DNA of 52,656 nucleotides from Candidatus Omnitrophota bacterium. GTDB lineage: Bacteria; Omnitrophota; Gorgyraeia; Gygaellales; Profunditerraquicolaceae. Shown here in pieces: positions 1-7,888 of this stretch (the first letter of the stretch is position 1; each line of letters begins with the position of its first letter). Below the pieces are notes generated by a model. That model had not been told where the DNA came from, did not search any database, and saw only the letters and a list, made by a program, of their open reading frames with translations. The DNA is taken from contig JAZDPH010000044.1 of NCBI GenBank assembly GCA_043797735.1, positions 1 through 52,656 on the forward strand, written 5' to 3'. Made by a program: the position numbers and the translations under genes.

Positions 1-632
1 TCGGCGATAAGATAGGCCCTGTCGGTTATGGAGAGGGTCTCCCTGACATTGTGATCCGTCAAAAGAATTCCCAGCCCCTTTTCCTTTAACTCCTTTATAA
101 TCTCCTGGGCCTCGTTAACTACAATCGGGTCTATCCCGGAAAACGGCTCATCCAATAATATAAAAGATGGATTAGTCACCAGGGCCCGCGTAATCTCCAG
201 GCGCCTTCGCTCTCCGCCCGAGAGAGTGTAGGCCTTATGCCTCCCCAAATGCGAAATATTCAACTCCTCCAGGAGGCTCTCTAACCTGCGCTTTCTCTCG
301 ATCCTATTAATCGGCAGCGTCTCCAGGATTGCCATGATATTCTCTTCAACCGTAAGCTTTCTAAAAACTGAGGCCTCCTGAGAAAGATAGCCTATGCCGA
401 AACGCGCCCGTTCGTGGATGGAGAGCCTGGTTATATCATTATTATCAAAAATGATATTCCCGCGGTTAGGGGCAATAATTCCCACAATCATATAAAAGGT
501 AGTGGTCTTACCGGCGCCGTTGGGGCCTAAGAGCCCGACAATCTCCCCGCGCTTTACCAGGATATCCACGCCCTTGACCACCTCTTTGCCGTCGTAAGAC
601 TTAGCTAAACCCTTAACCTCCAATAGGTGCAT
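1..632 (-). CDS. lptB: LPS export ABC transporter ATP-binding protein LptB (N-terminal ~210 aa; C-terminus lies beyond window start)
   Basis: Reverse translation from ATG at 630-632 reads [44 protein letters not shown] (Walker A). Further on it reads [16 protein letters not shown] (ABC signature) and [13 protein letters not shown] (Walker B). A GGAGGGAG Shine-Dalgarno-like tract sits upstream. The ORF is absent from the supplied track because it runs off the window edge. Confidence 0.9.
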   Translation of the reverse strand, partial: MHLLEVKGLAKSYDGKEVVKGVDILVKRGEIVGLLGPNGAGKTTTFYMIVGIIAPNRGNIIFDNNDITRLSIHERARFGIGYLSQEASVFRKLTVEENIMAILETLPINRIERKRRLESLLEELNISHLGRHKAYTLSGGERRRLEITRALVTNPSFILLDEPFSGIDPIVVNEAQEIIKELKEKGLGILLTDHNVRETLSITDRAYLIA

Positions 633-1554
633 CTTCGGCTCCCTCCGTCGAATAAAGAATTAACTTCGGCCGCCCCTGCAGGATAATCTTGCTTTCGCCG
701 GCATTATAAATTGCCTCATCGCTATAAGAGGCATTCTCTCCCCGCACCACCCTTACGTTGCCGCGGGCAAAAATCTTATCAATCTTGGAATTCATTAAGT
801 CGCCTCCGGCGCCTTCTTTTTTCTCCGCAGGCTCCTCGGCATCCTGGCTACCTTCTGCCTTCTTCTCTGCGGAGAGAAAATAAACAATCATCTTGTCACT
901 GTAAATCTGCTGCTCGCCCCTGTCTACTTTAACATTTTTATTAAATTCGGCAATATTTTTTTCATAATCTATCTCCAGCGGGCCATCACAGGTAATAATA
1001 GTCTTTTCTTTCTTGGCAGAAGAGCCCCCTTCTTCGCTCACCGGCATTATGTCAAGCTGGACATTTTCTTTCAGGGCGACTTTTTTTAAACTGGGTTCGC
1101 CATGGGCGCCGCGGGCCACCGCAATCAGGTTCTCCCTTTCAATATTAACGATATCCTCCGTAGTCATCAGCTGGTTCTGCCTGTCGTAATCAAGGGAATC
1201 GGTGGTTAACTTCATACCCGAAGTAGTGGTAATTACCACATTATCCTGCAGGTGAATCTTGCCGTCCTGTTTATTAAAATCGCCTTTATCGGCAAGAAGG
1301 TTGACATCCTCCTCTTTACCGTAAAGGTTGCCCTCAACATCCTGGAGCTTGACGACGTCGGTGAATATGTTGGCAGTCTTGCCGGCAAGGTCCCAGCTCT
1401 TTTTGCCTTTTTCCCCGTAGCCTACCAGGTTAAAATCATTAATCTGCTGATCCGAGGTTTCCTCGGCCCCTTTATCCTCAGCATAACCCAAGCTTGCGGC
1501 TAAAAATACGGCTAAAATAATCAACCCTGATTTTTTAAACATCATAACCCTCAA
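613..1554 (-). CDS. lptA: OstA/LptA-family periplasmic LPS transport protein, 313 aa with signal peptide and two OstA-like halves (possibly LptC-like plus LptA-like)
   Basis: N-terminal [21 protein letters not shown] signal/anchor. Beta-jellyroll-like repeats are characteristic of LptC/LptA. The gene sits between kdsC and lptB, as in the conserved kdsD-kdsC-lptC-lptA-lptB operon. No separate lptC ORF is present. Confidence 0.7.
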   Translation of the reverse strand: MRVMMFKKSGLIILAVFLAASLGYAEDKGAEETSDQQINDFNLVGYGEKGKKSWDLAGKTANIFTDVVKLQDVEGNLYGKEEDVNLLADKGDFNKQDGKIHLQDNVVITTTSGMKLTTDSLDYDRQNQLMTTEDIVNIERENLIAVARGAHGEPSLKKVALKENVQLDIMPVSEEGGSSAKKEKTIITCDGPLEIDYEKNIAEFNKNVKVDRGEQQIYSDKMIVYFLSAEKKAEGSQDAEEPAEKKEGAGGDLMNSKIDKIFARGNVRVVRGENASYSDEAIYNAGESKIILQGRPKLILYSTEGAEDAPIGG

Positions 1555-2077
1555 GCATCTTCAGCCACCTGCCTTGCGATTTCAGGATAAGTTCGGCGAT
1601 TTCACGCACTGCCCCCCGGCCGCCCTCCTTCAAGGTAATATAGGCAGCGGTTCTTTTTACTTCCGGACAGGCATTAAACACCGCGATAGGAAAACCCACT
1701 TTTTTCATAAGGCAGATATCCACTAAATCATCCCCGGCAAAGCATACCTGCGCGGCACTAACTTTATATTTCTTTAAAATTTTATCCAATACGGCGGTTT
1801 TGGGAGAAACGTTTTCAAATACTTCCGCAACGCGCATATCCCGGGCGCGCGGCTTAATTGCCCGCGACCCCTTGGCGGTAATCAATATCGTCGGAATACC
1901 TGCCTTATTAAGCAGCGCGACACCCAGCCCGTCGCGAACGTCAAAAAGCTTTATATCGTGGCCGCCCGAATCATAAATTATCCTTCCGTCGGTCAAAACG
2001 CCGTCGACATCAAGCAATAATAACTTTATTTTGCCGATTTGCTCCTTCAGATCCTTAACTACGGATATCTCTCTCAT
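1535..2077 (-). CDS. kdsC: 3-deoxy-D-manno-octulosonate 8-phosphate phosphatase (HAD family)
   Basis: LLLLDVDGVLTDG HAD motif I; ~180 aa; operon context with kdsD/kdsA. Confidence 0.85.
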   Translation of the reverse strand: MREISVVKDLKEQIGKIKLLLLDVDGVLTDGRIIYDSGGHDIKLFDVRDGLGVALLNKAGIPTILITAKGSRAIKPRARDMRVAEVFENVSPKTAVLDKILKKYKVSAAQVCFAGDDLVDICLMKKVGFPIAVFNACPEVKRTAAYITLKEGGRGAVREIAELILKSQGRWLKMLEGYDV

Positions 2078-2135
2078 TTGTTTTTACAGAAAAACTCTCT
2101 AGGAAATCTTTCTAAAATGTTTTTTCAGATAACTA

Positions 2136-3098
2136 TTAAAACAAGCCTGCCTTAAGGAGGTCCTGTACATCCAGTAAGCCCACGGGCCTGCGGTTTTTAT
2201 CCACTACCGGGATTTCGTCAATCCTCTTCTCCCTCATAATGCTCATCCCCTGCGCGGCAAGCATATCCTTAAAGATCACCGCAGGGTTTTTGGTCATTAC
2301 CTCTTTTACCTTGCGCCGCAGGAGGCCGGCGTCGCTCTCCAGATGGCGCCTTAGGTCCCCGTCAGTGAATATACCGGTTACCTTTCCCTGCTTATTTACC
2401 ACGGTCGCAGAGCCGGCGCGGCTCTGGGTAATTTGTAATAAAACCCGGGAAACTTCTTTTTCTTCGTTGACAACGGGACTAGCCTTTCCTTTTCTCATTA
2501 TTTCTTCCACTGTCAGGACAAGCCTCCTGCCTAATGCCCCGCCGGGATGGAAAAAGGCAAAATCCTTCTCCTTAAAGCCCTTTAGCTCCAGCAGGCAGAC
2601 TGCCAATGCGTCAGCCATCGCCAGAGTGGCGGTAGTGGAGGCGGTAGGCGCCAGGCCTAAAGGACAGGCCTCCCGCTTAACCGAAACGTCTAAGGCCACG
2701 TCGCTGTATTTTGCCAGCAGTGATTTGTGGTTGCCAGTCAAAGCGATAATCCTGGAGCCGATTTTCTTTAATAAAGGCAGGAGCTGCCTCAGTTCCTCGC
2801 CGCCGCCGCTGTTTGAAATTATAATCACCGCATCGCTAGGCCTGACCTTTCCCAGGTCTCCGTGAATGGCCTCGGCGGTATGCAAAAACAGGCTGGGCGT
2901 CCCTGTGGATGCCAGGGTCGCGGAAAACTTCTGGGCGATAATCCCGGTTTTGCCCATGCCGCTGACCACCACCCTCCCCTTAGCATTGATGATAATTTTC
3001 AGGGCCTCTTTGAAGCCGGCGCCTATGCGGGGCTTTAGCGCCCTGACCGCCTGCGCCTCAATCTCCAAAACCTCTCTTGCCCTTTTTAAAACATTCAT
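2136..3098 (-). CDS. kdsD: arabinose-5-phosphate isomerase (SIS domain + CBS pair)
   Basis: SIS motif GRVVVSGMGKTGIIAQKFSATLASTGTP; C-terminal CBS pair; 320 aa. Confidence 0.85.
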   Translation of the reverse strand: MNVLKRAREVLEIEAQAVRALKPRIGAGFKEALKIIINAKGRVVVSGMGKTGIIAQKFSATLASTGTPSLFLHTAEAIHGDLGKVRPSDAVIIISNSGGGEELRQLLPLLKKIGSRIIALTGNHKSLLAKYSDVALDVSVKREACPLGLAPTASTTATLAMADALAVCLLELKGFKEKDFAFFHPGGALGRRLVLTVEEIMRKGKASPVVNEEKEVSRVLLQITQSRAGSATVVNKQGKVTGIFTDGDLRRHLESDAGLLRRKVKEVMTKNPAVIFKDMLAAQGMSIMREKRIDEIPVVDKNRRPVGLLDVQDLLKAGLF

Positions 3099-3916
3099 CT
3101 TTCTAATGCCGCCTCAATTTTCCTGACTTGTTTAAGGAGTCTTTCTAAATCCTTAACCGCCAGCGTATTCGCCCCGTCGCAGAGCGCGGCCTCCGGCCGC
3201 GGATGCACCTCCAAAAATAACCCGTCGCAGCCAAAGGCAACCGCCGAACGCGACAGGCCTTCAATAAACTGCTTTTCTCCGCCGGAAGACCCCCCTCTGC
3301 CTCCGGGAAGCTGGACGCTGTGGGTAGCATCATAAATAACCGGATAACCAAACCCCCTCATTACCCCCAGGCTGCGCAAATCCGAAACCAGGTTATTATA
3401 CCCAAAACAAAAACCGCGCTCGGTAACCAAAATTGACTTATTGCCGCTGGCTTCAATCTTTTTGATTATAGGCAGGATATCCGCCGGCGCCAGAAACTGC
3501 CCCTTTTTGATATTGATGGGTTTCTTTGTCTTTGCCGCCGCCACCACGATATCCGTCTGGCGGCACAAGAACGCGGGAATCTGAATTACATCCAGCACCT
3601 TGGCTGCCGCGGCAATCTCTTTCTGGCAGTGTATGTCGCTTAAGACCGGTATCTTTAATTTTTCCTTTACCGCGGAAAGTATCTCCAGGCCTTTCTCCAT
3701 CCCCGGGCCGCGGTAAGAGCCCAGCGACAACCTGTTTGCCTTATCGTAACTGGATTTAAAGATAAAGGGAATGCCCAGTTTTACGGTAATGTCTTTTATT
3801 CTCTTGGCCGTATCAAGGCAAAGGCTTCTTGACTCAATAACACAAGGCCCGGCGACCAAAACCAGGGGGTTGCCTCCGCCGAATTTAATTTTACCAATTA
3901 TTACGGGTTTAACCAT
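3095..3916 (-). CDS. kdsA: 2-dehydro-3-deoxyphosphooctonate aldolase (KDO8P synthase)
   Basis: 273 aa; NPLVLVAGPCVIES and KSSYDKANR motifs typical of KdsA/DAHP synthase fold. Confidence 0.85.
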   Translation of the reverse strand: MVKPVIIGKIKFGGGNPLVLVAGPCVIESRSLCLDTAKRIKDITVKLGIPFIFKSSYDKANRLSLGSYRGPGMEKGLEILSAVKEKLKIPVLSDIHCQKEIAAAAKVLDVIQIPAFLCRQTDIVVAAAKTKKPINIKKGQFLAPADILPIIKKIEASGNKSILVTERGFCFGYNNLVSDLRSLGVMRGFGYPVIYDATHSVQLPGGRGGSSGGEKQFIEGLSRSAVAFGCDGLFLEVHPRPEAALCDGANTLAVKDLERLLKQVRKIEAALER

Positions 3917-3922
3917 AATTTT

Positions 3923-4657
3923 TTATGCGCCCAAGAGGCGCTCTTTGGCTTTTTCAAGGTCTTCGGGGGTATCCACTCCCACGGTGTCATACTTTGTCTC
4001 TATAACTTTTATCCGGTAGCCCTCCTCCAGCACCCTTAACTGCTCCAGCGCTTCTGTCTTCTCAAGGTTGGAGGCCGGCAAATTTTTATAAATGAACAGG
4101 AAGTCCTTGGTATAGGCATAAAGGCCGATGTGCTTGTAATATACGGGCTCTTTGTTTTTGGAATTATCCGCCAGAAAAGGAATAGGTGAGCGGGAAAAAT
4201 AAAGCGCAAAATTATTTTTATCCGCCACCACCTTGACCACATGAGGGTCCTTAATAATCTCCGGATCGGTAATCCTCTTGATTACCGTTGCCATTGAGAT
4301 AGAGCGGTCCTCAAGCAATGCGCGGGCAACATCGTCTATCATCGTAGGGTGAATTAACGGCTCGTCCCCCTGAATATTGACGATGACCTTTACGTCTAAG
4401 GGGTTTATTACCTCAATTATCCTGTCCGTTCCGCTTATATGCGCCTTGGCGGTAAAGACAACTTTTGCGCCGAAGCCGCGGGCGGCCTCTGCAACCTGCT
4501 CATTGTCACAAGCAATAATCAAATCATCCAGCAGGAAAGACTGTTTTGCCCGTTCCCAGACATGCTGGATCATCGGTTTGCCGGCGATATCCGCCAGCAC
4601 CTTGCCTTCAAACCTGGAAGAAAAATACCTTGCCGGGATTATTCCGATTACGTCCAT
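3923..4657 (-). CDS. kdsB: 3-deoxy-manno-octulosonate cytidylyltransferase (CMP-KDO synthetase)
   Basis: MDVIGIIPARYFSSRFEGKVLADIAGKPMIQHVWERA N-terminus typical of KdsB; 244 aa. Confidence 0.85.
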   Translation of the reverse strand: MDVIGIIPARYFSSRFEGKVLADIAGKPMIQHVWERAKQSFLLDDLIIACDNEQVAEAARGFGAKVVFTAKAHISGTDRIIEVINPLDVKVIVNIQGDEPLIHPTMIDDVARALLEDRSISMATVIKRITDPEIIKDPHVVKVVADKNNFALYFSRSPIPFLADNSKNKEPVYYKHIGLYAYTKDFLFIYKNLPASNLEKTEALEQLRVLEEGYRIKVIETKYDTVGVDTPEDLEKAKERLLGA

Positions 4658-4658
4658 T

Positions 4659-5672
4659 TTATTTAACCTTTCCTAAGAGTTCTTTCTTATTGGTGGCCGC
4701 CGTGCCGACCTTGCCGACGACAATACCGGCGGCATAATTGGCGATTCTGGCGGCCTTAAAAGCGCTGGCGCCGCAGCAAAGCGCCAGGGTAAAGGCGCTT
4801 ATTACCGTATCGCCTGCGCCGGAAACATCAAAAACCTCTCTGGCCACCGTCGGTATGTGCACCGGGCGGACACCCCTCTCAAACAGCCTCATCCCCTCTT
4901 CTCCTAAAGTAACCAAAATTGACTCCATCCCCAGATATTCCAATATGCTCCCTGCCGCCAAGTCTATATCCTTATCGCTGAATAACCTGTCCTTCTCCAA
5001 CCGGAAGCTGTTGGAGGTATCCCTGATTTTTATGTTCCTCATTGCATTCTCAAGTTCCCGGCGGTTCGGCGTAATCGCAGTCACCCCGCGGTAATATTGA
5101 AAATGCTCCTCCTTGGGGTCAACGGTAATAATCTTTTTGCTGGCGCGGGCAAGTCTTATCAGATCGGATAATAACTGCATATTAATAACGCCCTTGCCGT
5201 AATCCTCTATAATAATGCCATCAAAGCTATCAATATGTTTCTCTATAAACCTGATCATCCTGCGGTTTAACTGCGCCGATAAAGGATGAGTATGCTCCCA
5301 GTCAACCCTAACCACCTGCTGATGGCCGGCGATAATGCGGGTCTTGCGGGTAGTGTGCCTTCCACGCTCGCTAAAGATGCCCCTGGTATTTATTTCTCTC
5401 TTTTTTAACTCCGAAAGCAGGATATCCGAATCTTTGTATTCGCCTGTTACTCCCGCCAGGGAAACTTTGGCTCCGAGGGAGCGGATATTATTGGCGACGT
5501 TAGCCGCCCCGCCGGGAACATAGGTTCTTTTATTTGCCCAGACCACCGGCACAGGCGCCTCCGGGGAGATCCTCTCTATGTTGCCCCAGATATACTCATC
5601 AAGGATGAGGTCGCCCACTACTAATATGTTGGCATTGGGAAATTTGTTGATTATATTTTTTAAGTTACGCAT
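4659..5672 (-). CDS. hldA: D-glycero-beta-D-manno-heptose-7-phosphate kinase (RfaE/HldE domain I only, PfkB carbohydrate kinase fold)
   Basis: ILVVGDLILDEYIWG N-terminus and the C-terminal DTxGAGD motif (VFDVSGAGDTVISAF). At 337 aa it has no adenylyltransferase domain II. Confidence 0.75.
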   Translation of the reverse strand: MRNLKNIINKFPNANILVVGDLILDEYIWGNIERISPEAPVPVVWANKRTYVPGGAANVANNIRSLGAKVSLAGVTGEYKDSDILLSELKKREINTRGIFSERGRHTTRKTRIIAGHQQVVRVDWEHTHPLSAQLNRRMIRFIEKHIDSFDGIIIEDYGKGVINMQLLSDLIRLARASKKIITVDPKEEHFQYYRGVTAITPNRRELENAMRNIKIRDTSNSFRLEKDRLFSDKDIDLAAGSILEYLGMESILVTLGEEGMRLFERGVRPVHIPTVAREVFDVSGAGDTVISAFTLALCCGASAFKAARIANYAAGIVVGKVGTAATNKKELLGKVK

Positions 5673-5678
5673 TTTTTC

Positions 5679-6608
5679 TTATATTTTCTCAATTACTGCC
5701 TGCGCCAATAAGGGGAGCATTATTTCGTGGTGGCCGACAATATAATAACCCTTTCCCGCCCCGGAGACCGGGCGCAGGACCACGTTTTGCAAAGGCCGGT
5801 AATGGTAAATCATATCAAAATTCGCCGCGGTAAAGTCCTTGGCCCTGCTGCCTAAATTACGCGCCAAATTCAACGCCTTTAAAAAAACTTCCGGCAATAT
5901 TACCGCCGAGCCGAAGTTTAAAACCACTCCCCCGCCATCCAGGCCGGAGATATTCTCGACAAGTTTATGAAAATCCCTTAACGAACCTTCGGCTGTAAGC
6001 GCAGCGTCAAAACTCGCATGCTGGTGGATAATATCGGTGCCGACGGCCACAAAGACACAGACCGGAACATTAAATTTAAATGCGTTGGCAAGCAGGCTTA
6101 AATTTTTGTAGCGCAGCCTGGAAACACTCAATTCTGCTGCTACCGATTCTCCCAACCCCAGGCCCTTAGCCACTCCAACCTTGACGGCGTTATTTAAGAA
6201 ATCCGCGGTCTCCCGGCCCATCCCGAACCTGCCGCTTTTTAAATTCGCCCCGACGTCCTCGGAAGTTTTTCCCTGCAGGGCAATTTCAAAATCATGGATA
6301 ATGCCTGCCCCGTTTAAACAGATGCAGGTAATTACTTTTTTCCTGATTAGTTCAATTAATACCGGGTTCAGGCCGCACTTAATCACGTGCGCCCCGGCCA
6401 TAAAAATTACCGCTTTTCCTGCCTTGCGGGCTCTGACTATAGCGCTAACGGTGGCGCTTAACTCCTTAGCCTTTAATATATTGGGTAAAGACTTATAGAA
6501 AGCGGCAAAGCTCCTCCCGCGCAAAGGCAAGCCGGCAAAATCCGCCTTTTCCACCTTGCTGAACCTCTTTCTTACCGAATACCTCTTTACCTTATTTATA
6601 TTAATCAT
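5679..6608 (-). CDS. deoxyhypusine synthase-like (DHS family) protein, function unknown
   Basis: By-eye similarity to DHS: LNGAGIIHDFEIAL vs TAGGVEEDLIK, VPVCVFVAVGTD vs IPVFSPALTDG, GHHEIMLPLLAQ vs HHIANA...FPLLVAE. It is the first gene of the kds/lpt operon, and a promoter-like TTGAAT-16/17-TATACT lies immediately upstream. Confidence 0.4.
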   Translation of the reverse strand: MININKVKRYSVRKRFSKVEKADFAGLPLRGRSFAAFYKSLPNILKAKELSATVSAIVRARKAGKAVIFMAGAHVIKCGLNPVLIELIRKKVITCICLNGAGIIHDFEIALQGKTSEDVGANLKSGRFGMGRETADFLNNAVKVGVAKGLGLGESVAAELSVSRLRYKNLSLLANAFKFNVPVCVFVAVGTDIIHQHASFDAALTAEGSLRDFHKLVENISGLDGGGVVLNFGSAVILPEVFLKALNLARNLGSRAKDFTAANFDMIYHYRPLQNVVLRPVSGAGKGYYIVGHHEIMLPLLAQAVIEKI

Positions 6609-6619
6609 CCGAATTTATA

Positions 6620-6647
6620 AGTATACCACAAATTTACCTAAATTCAA
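6620..6647 (-). promoter_or_regulatory. sigma70-like promoter for the DHS-like/hldA/kds/lpt operon
   Basis: Minus sense: ggTTGAATttaggtaaatttgtggTATACTtataaattcggATG, with a 16-17 nt spacer and a very short leader. Confidence 0.4.
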
Positions 6648-6669
6648 CCGATTATTACTCTTAAATACC

Positions 6670-6880
6670 CCCTTCGCTCGGGCTATTTTGCGTCTGTCTT
6701 GCCTGGGTTTCTCGGGGACGCTCGTTTTGCCCCGGCGTGGCAAAACTTCGCTCGGGGGAGGCTGCGTCGCTCGTCCAGCACTTATTTTGCAGATGCAAAA
6801 TAAGTGCTGGACACCATGCCCGCTCCTTGCCTCCACGCCCCTCAAAATCCCAGCCAAGCCAGCCGCAAAATAGCCCTAAA
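6670..6880. repeat. GC-rich structured element of about 200 nt with nested inverted repeats, left flank of the AT-rich island
   Basis: A perfect 16-bp hairpin ccagcacttattttgc-agat-gcaaaataagtgctgg is present at ~6775-6810. A second hairpin is gttttgcc-ccggcgt-ggcaaaac at ~6724-6746. A long-range inverted repeat pairs gggctattttgcgtctgtcttgcc (6680-6703) with gccaagccagccgcaaaatagccc (6853-6876). There are also direct repeats of cttcgctcggg. Confidence 0.6.
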
Positions 6881-6911
6881 CTTACCCATGACTTCTTCTA
6901 TGTTTTTTATT

Positions 6912-7565
6912 CTATTGATAAAAAACTTCATAATATCGTAACGAAGATAGTATTGAACTATTAACATGCCAAACTTCATCAATAGGTAATTCATAATTTT
7001 TCTCTAATTCTTTTCTTATAGAATCGACCATTCTTGGTGAATTCATAAGTGCTATATCATTATTCTCTATAAGGAGTAAGATTCTAAAATTTTGTTTTCT
7101 ATATTTAGAAAATTTATTTTTTATTTCTATACATGTTAATAAATTCATTATTCTTTCCAATAGAGTTTTGTCTTCAGGAGGAATTCTACCTACCTTAAAA
7201 GAAGATACTGTAGAATTTCTTTTACAAAGTGAAATTGAAAAAGGAATTCCTGAAATATTATAGGTTATATGTTTATCGGTGCTAGATAATAAAGCGACAT
7301 TATTAATCAGCCAATTATATAAACGATTTTTATAATCATCCCAATTATGATTTTTTCCTGGTTGAATTATGTAACAATTAACTAAAAGTCTAATATCTCC
7401 GGGAAACTCTCCATCAAGTTCTTTCTCTAAACAACCTATTACTTTCATAAATCTAGCAGAATCCTCTCTTTGTTGAGGAATTGTGTCGATACTAGTATGC
7501 TCCAAGGCACTTTTTAATCCCGATCCCTCAATGATTGCATCAATCTCATAACCTGAGCTATTCAC
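6912..7565 (-). CDS. hypothetical protein, 217 aa, encoded in a strongly AT-rich island
   Basis: Continuous ORF with a GTG start in the track. It has no signal peptide or TM segment and no motif I can recognise. Sampled stretches are about 22-30 percent G+C versus ~55 percent in neighbouring genes. Confidence 0.5.
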   Translation of the reverse strand: MNSSGYEIDAIIEGSGLKSALEHTSIDTIPQQREDSARFMKVIGCLEKELDGEFPGDIRLLVNCYIIQPGKNHNWDDYKNRLYNWLINNVALLSSTDKHITYNISGIPFSISLCKRNSTVSSFKVGRIPPEDKTLLERIMNLLTCIEIKNKFSKYRKQNFRILLLIENNDIALMNSPRMVDSIRKELEKNYELPIDEVWHVNSSILSSLRYYEVFYQ

Positions 7566-7708
7566 CTTATCGGGCCATGATGAAATATAAAAACTAGTCT
7601 TTTTTTATTCGCAAGGTAACTAACAAAATTCTTTATTATATCGTCCTGGTTCATATAGCATTTATACTTCCGCTAAGACCGTCGCCATTTTAAATGTCCC
7701 TGAGCCTT

Positions 7709-7886
7709 CTTGAGCAAGCGGCTGGCTTGGGGTGTTTCTCGCAGCACGTAGGAGGCGCGAGCGGGCACGGCTTGCCCTCTATAAATTACAGGCAAGAGCG
7801 AGCGCCGACTCCCGAGCGAAGATTTTCCTCGCAGGGGAAAATCGAGCGGTGCTGCGAGAAACACACTAAGCCAGACGCTGCTTGAG
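7709..7886. repeat. imperfect 38-bp inverted repeat pair separated by ~100 nt, right flank of the AT-rich island
   Basis: One arm, cttgagcaagcggctggcttggggtgtttctcgcagcac (7709-7747), is the near-reverse-complement of gtgctgcgagaaacacactaagccagacgctgcttgag (7849-7886). The spacer contains the inner hairpin gattttcc-tcgcagg-ggaaaatc and cccgagcgaag, the reverse complement of cttcgctcggg from the left flank. Confidence 0.6.
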
Positions 7887-7888
7887 TA

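Noticed and set aside
6615-6857. 80-aa minus-strand ORF (MAGILRGVEARSGHGV...) and 105-aa and 75-aa plus-strand ORFs inside the GC-rich structured element, and 63-aa ORFs at 7673-7885
   Set aside because: They overlap each other in different frames and lie within palindromic, non-coding-looking sequence, with Arg/Pro/Gly-rich products. They are probably not genes.
6670-6880. Considered a retron (msr-msd with a1/a2 inverted repeats) or another known structured ncRNA (RNase P, tmRNA, SRP, 6S, riboswitch)
   Set aside because: The adjacent ORF has no reverse-transcriptase motifs (no YxDD). I could not find tmRNA tag-ORF or ACCA-end features, the SRP domain-IV consensus, or RNase P conserved blocks. 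It is left as an unclassified structured element.
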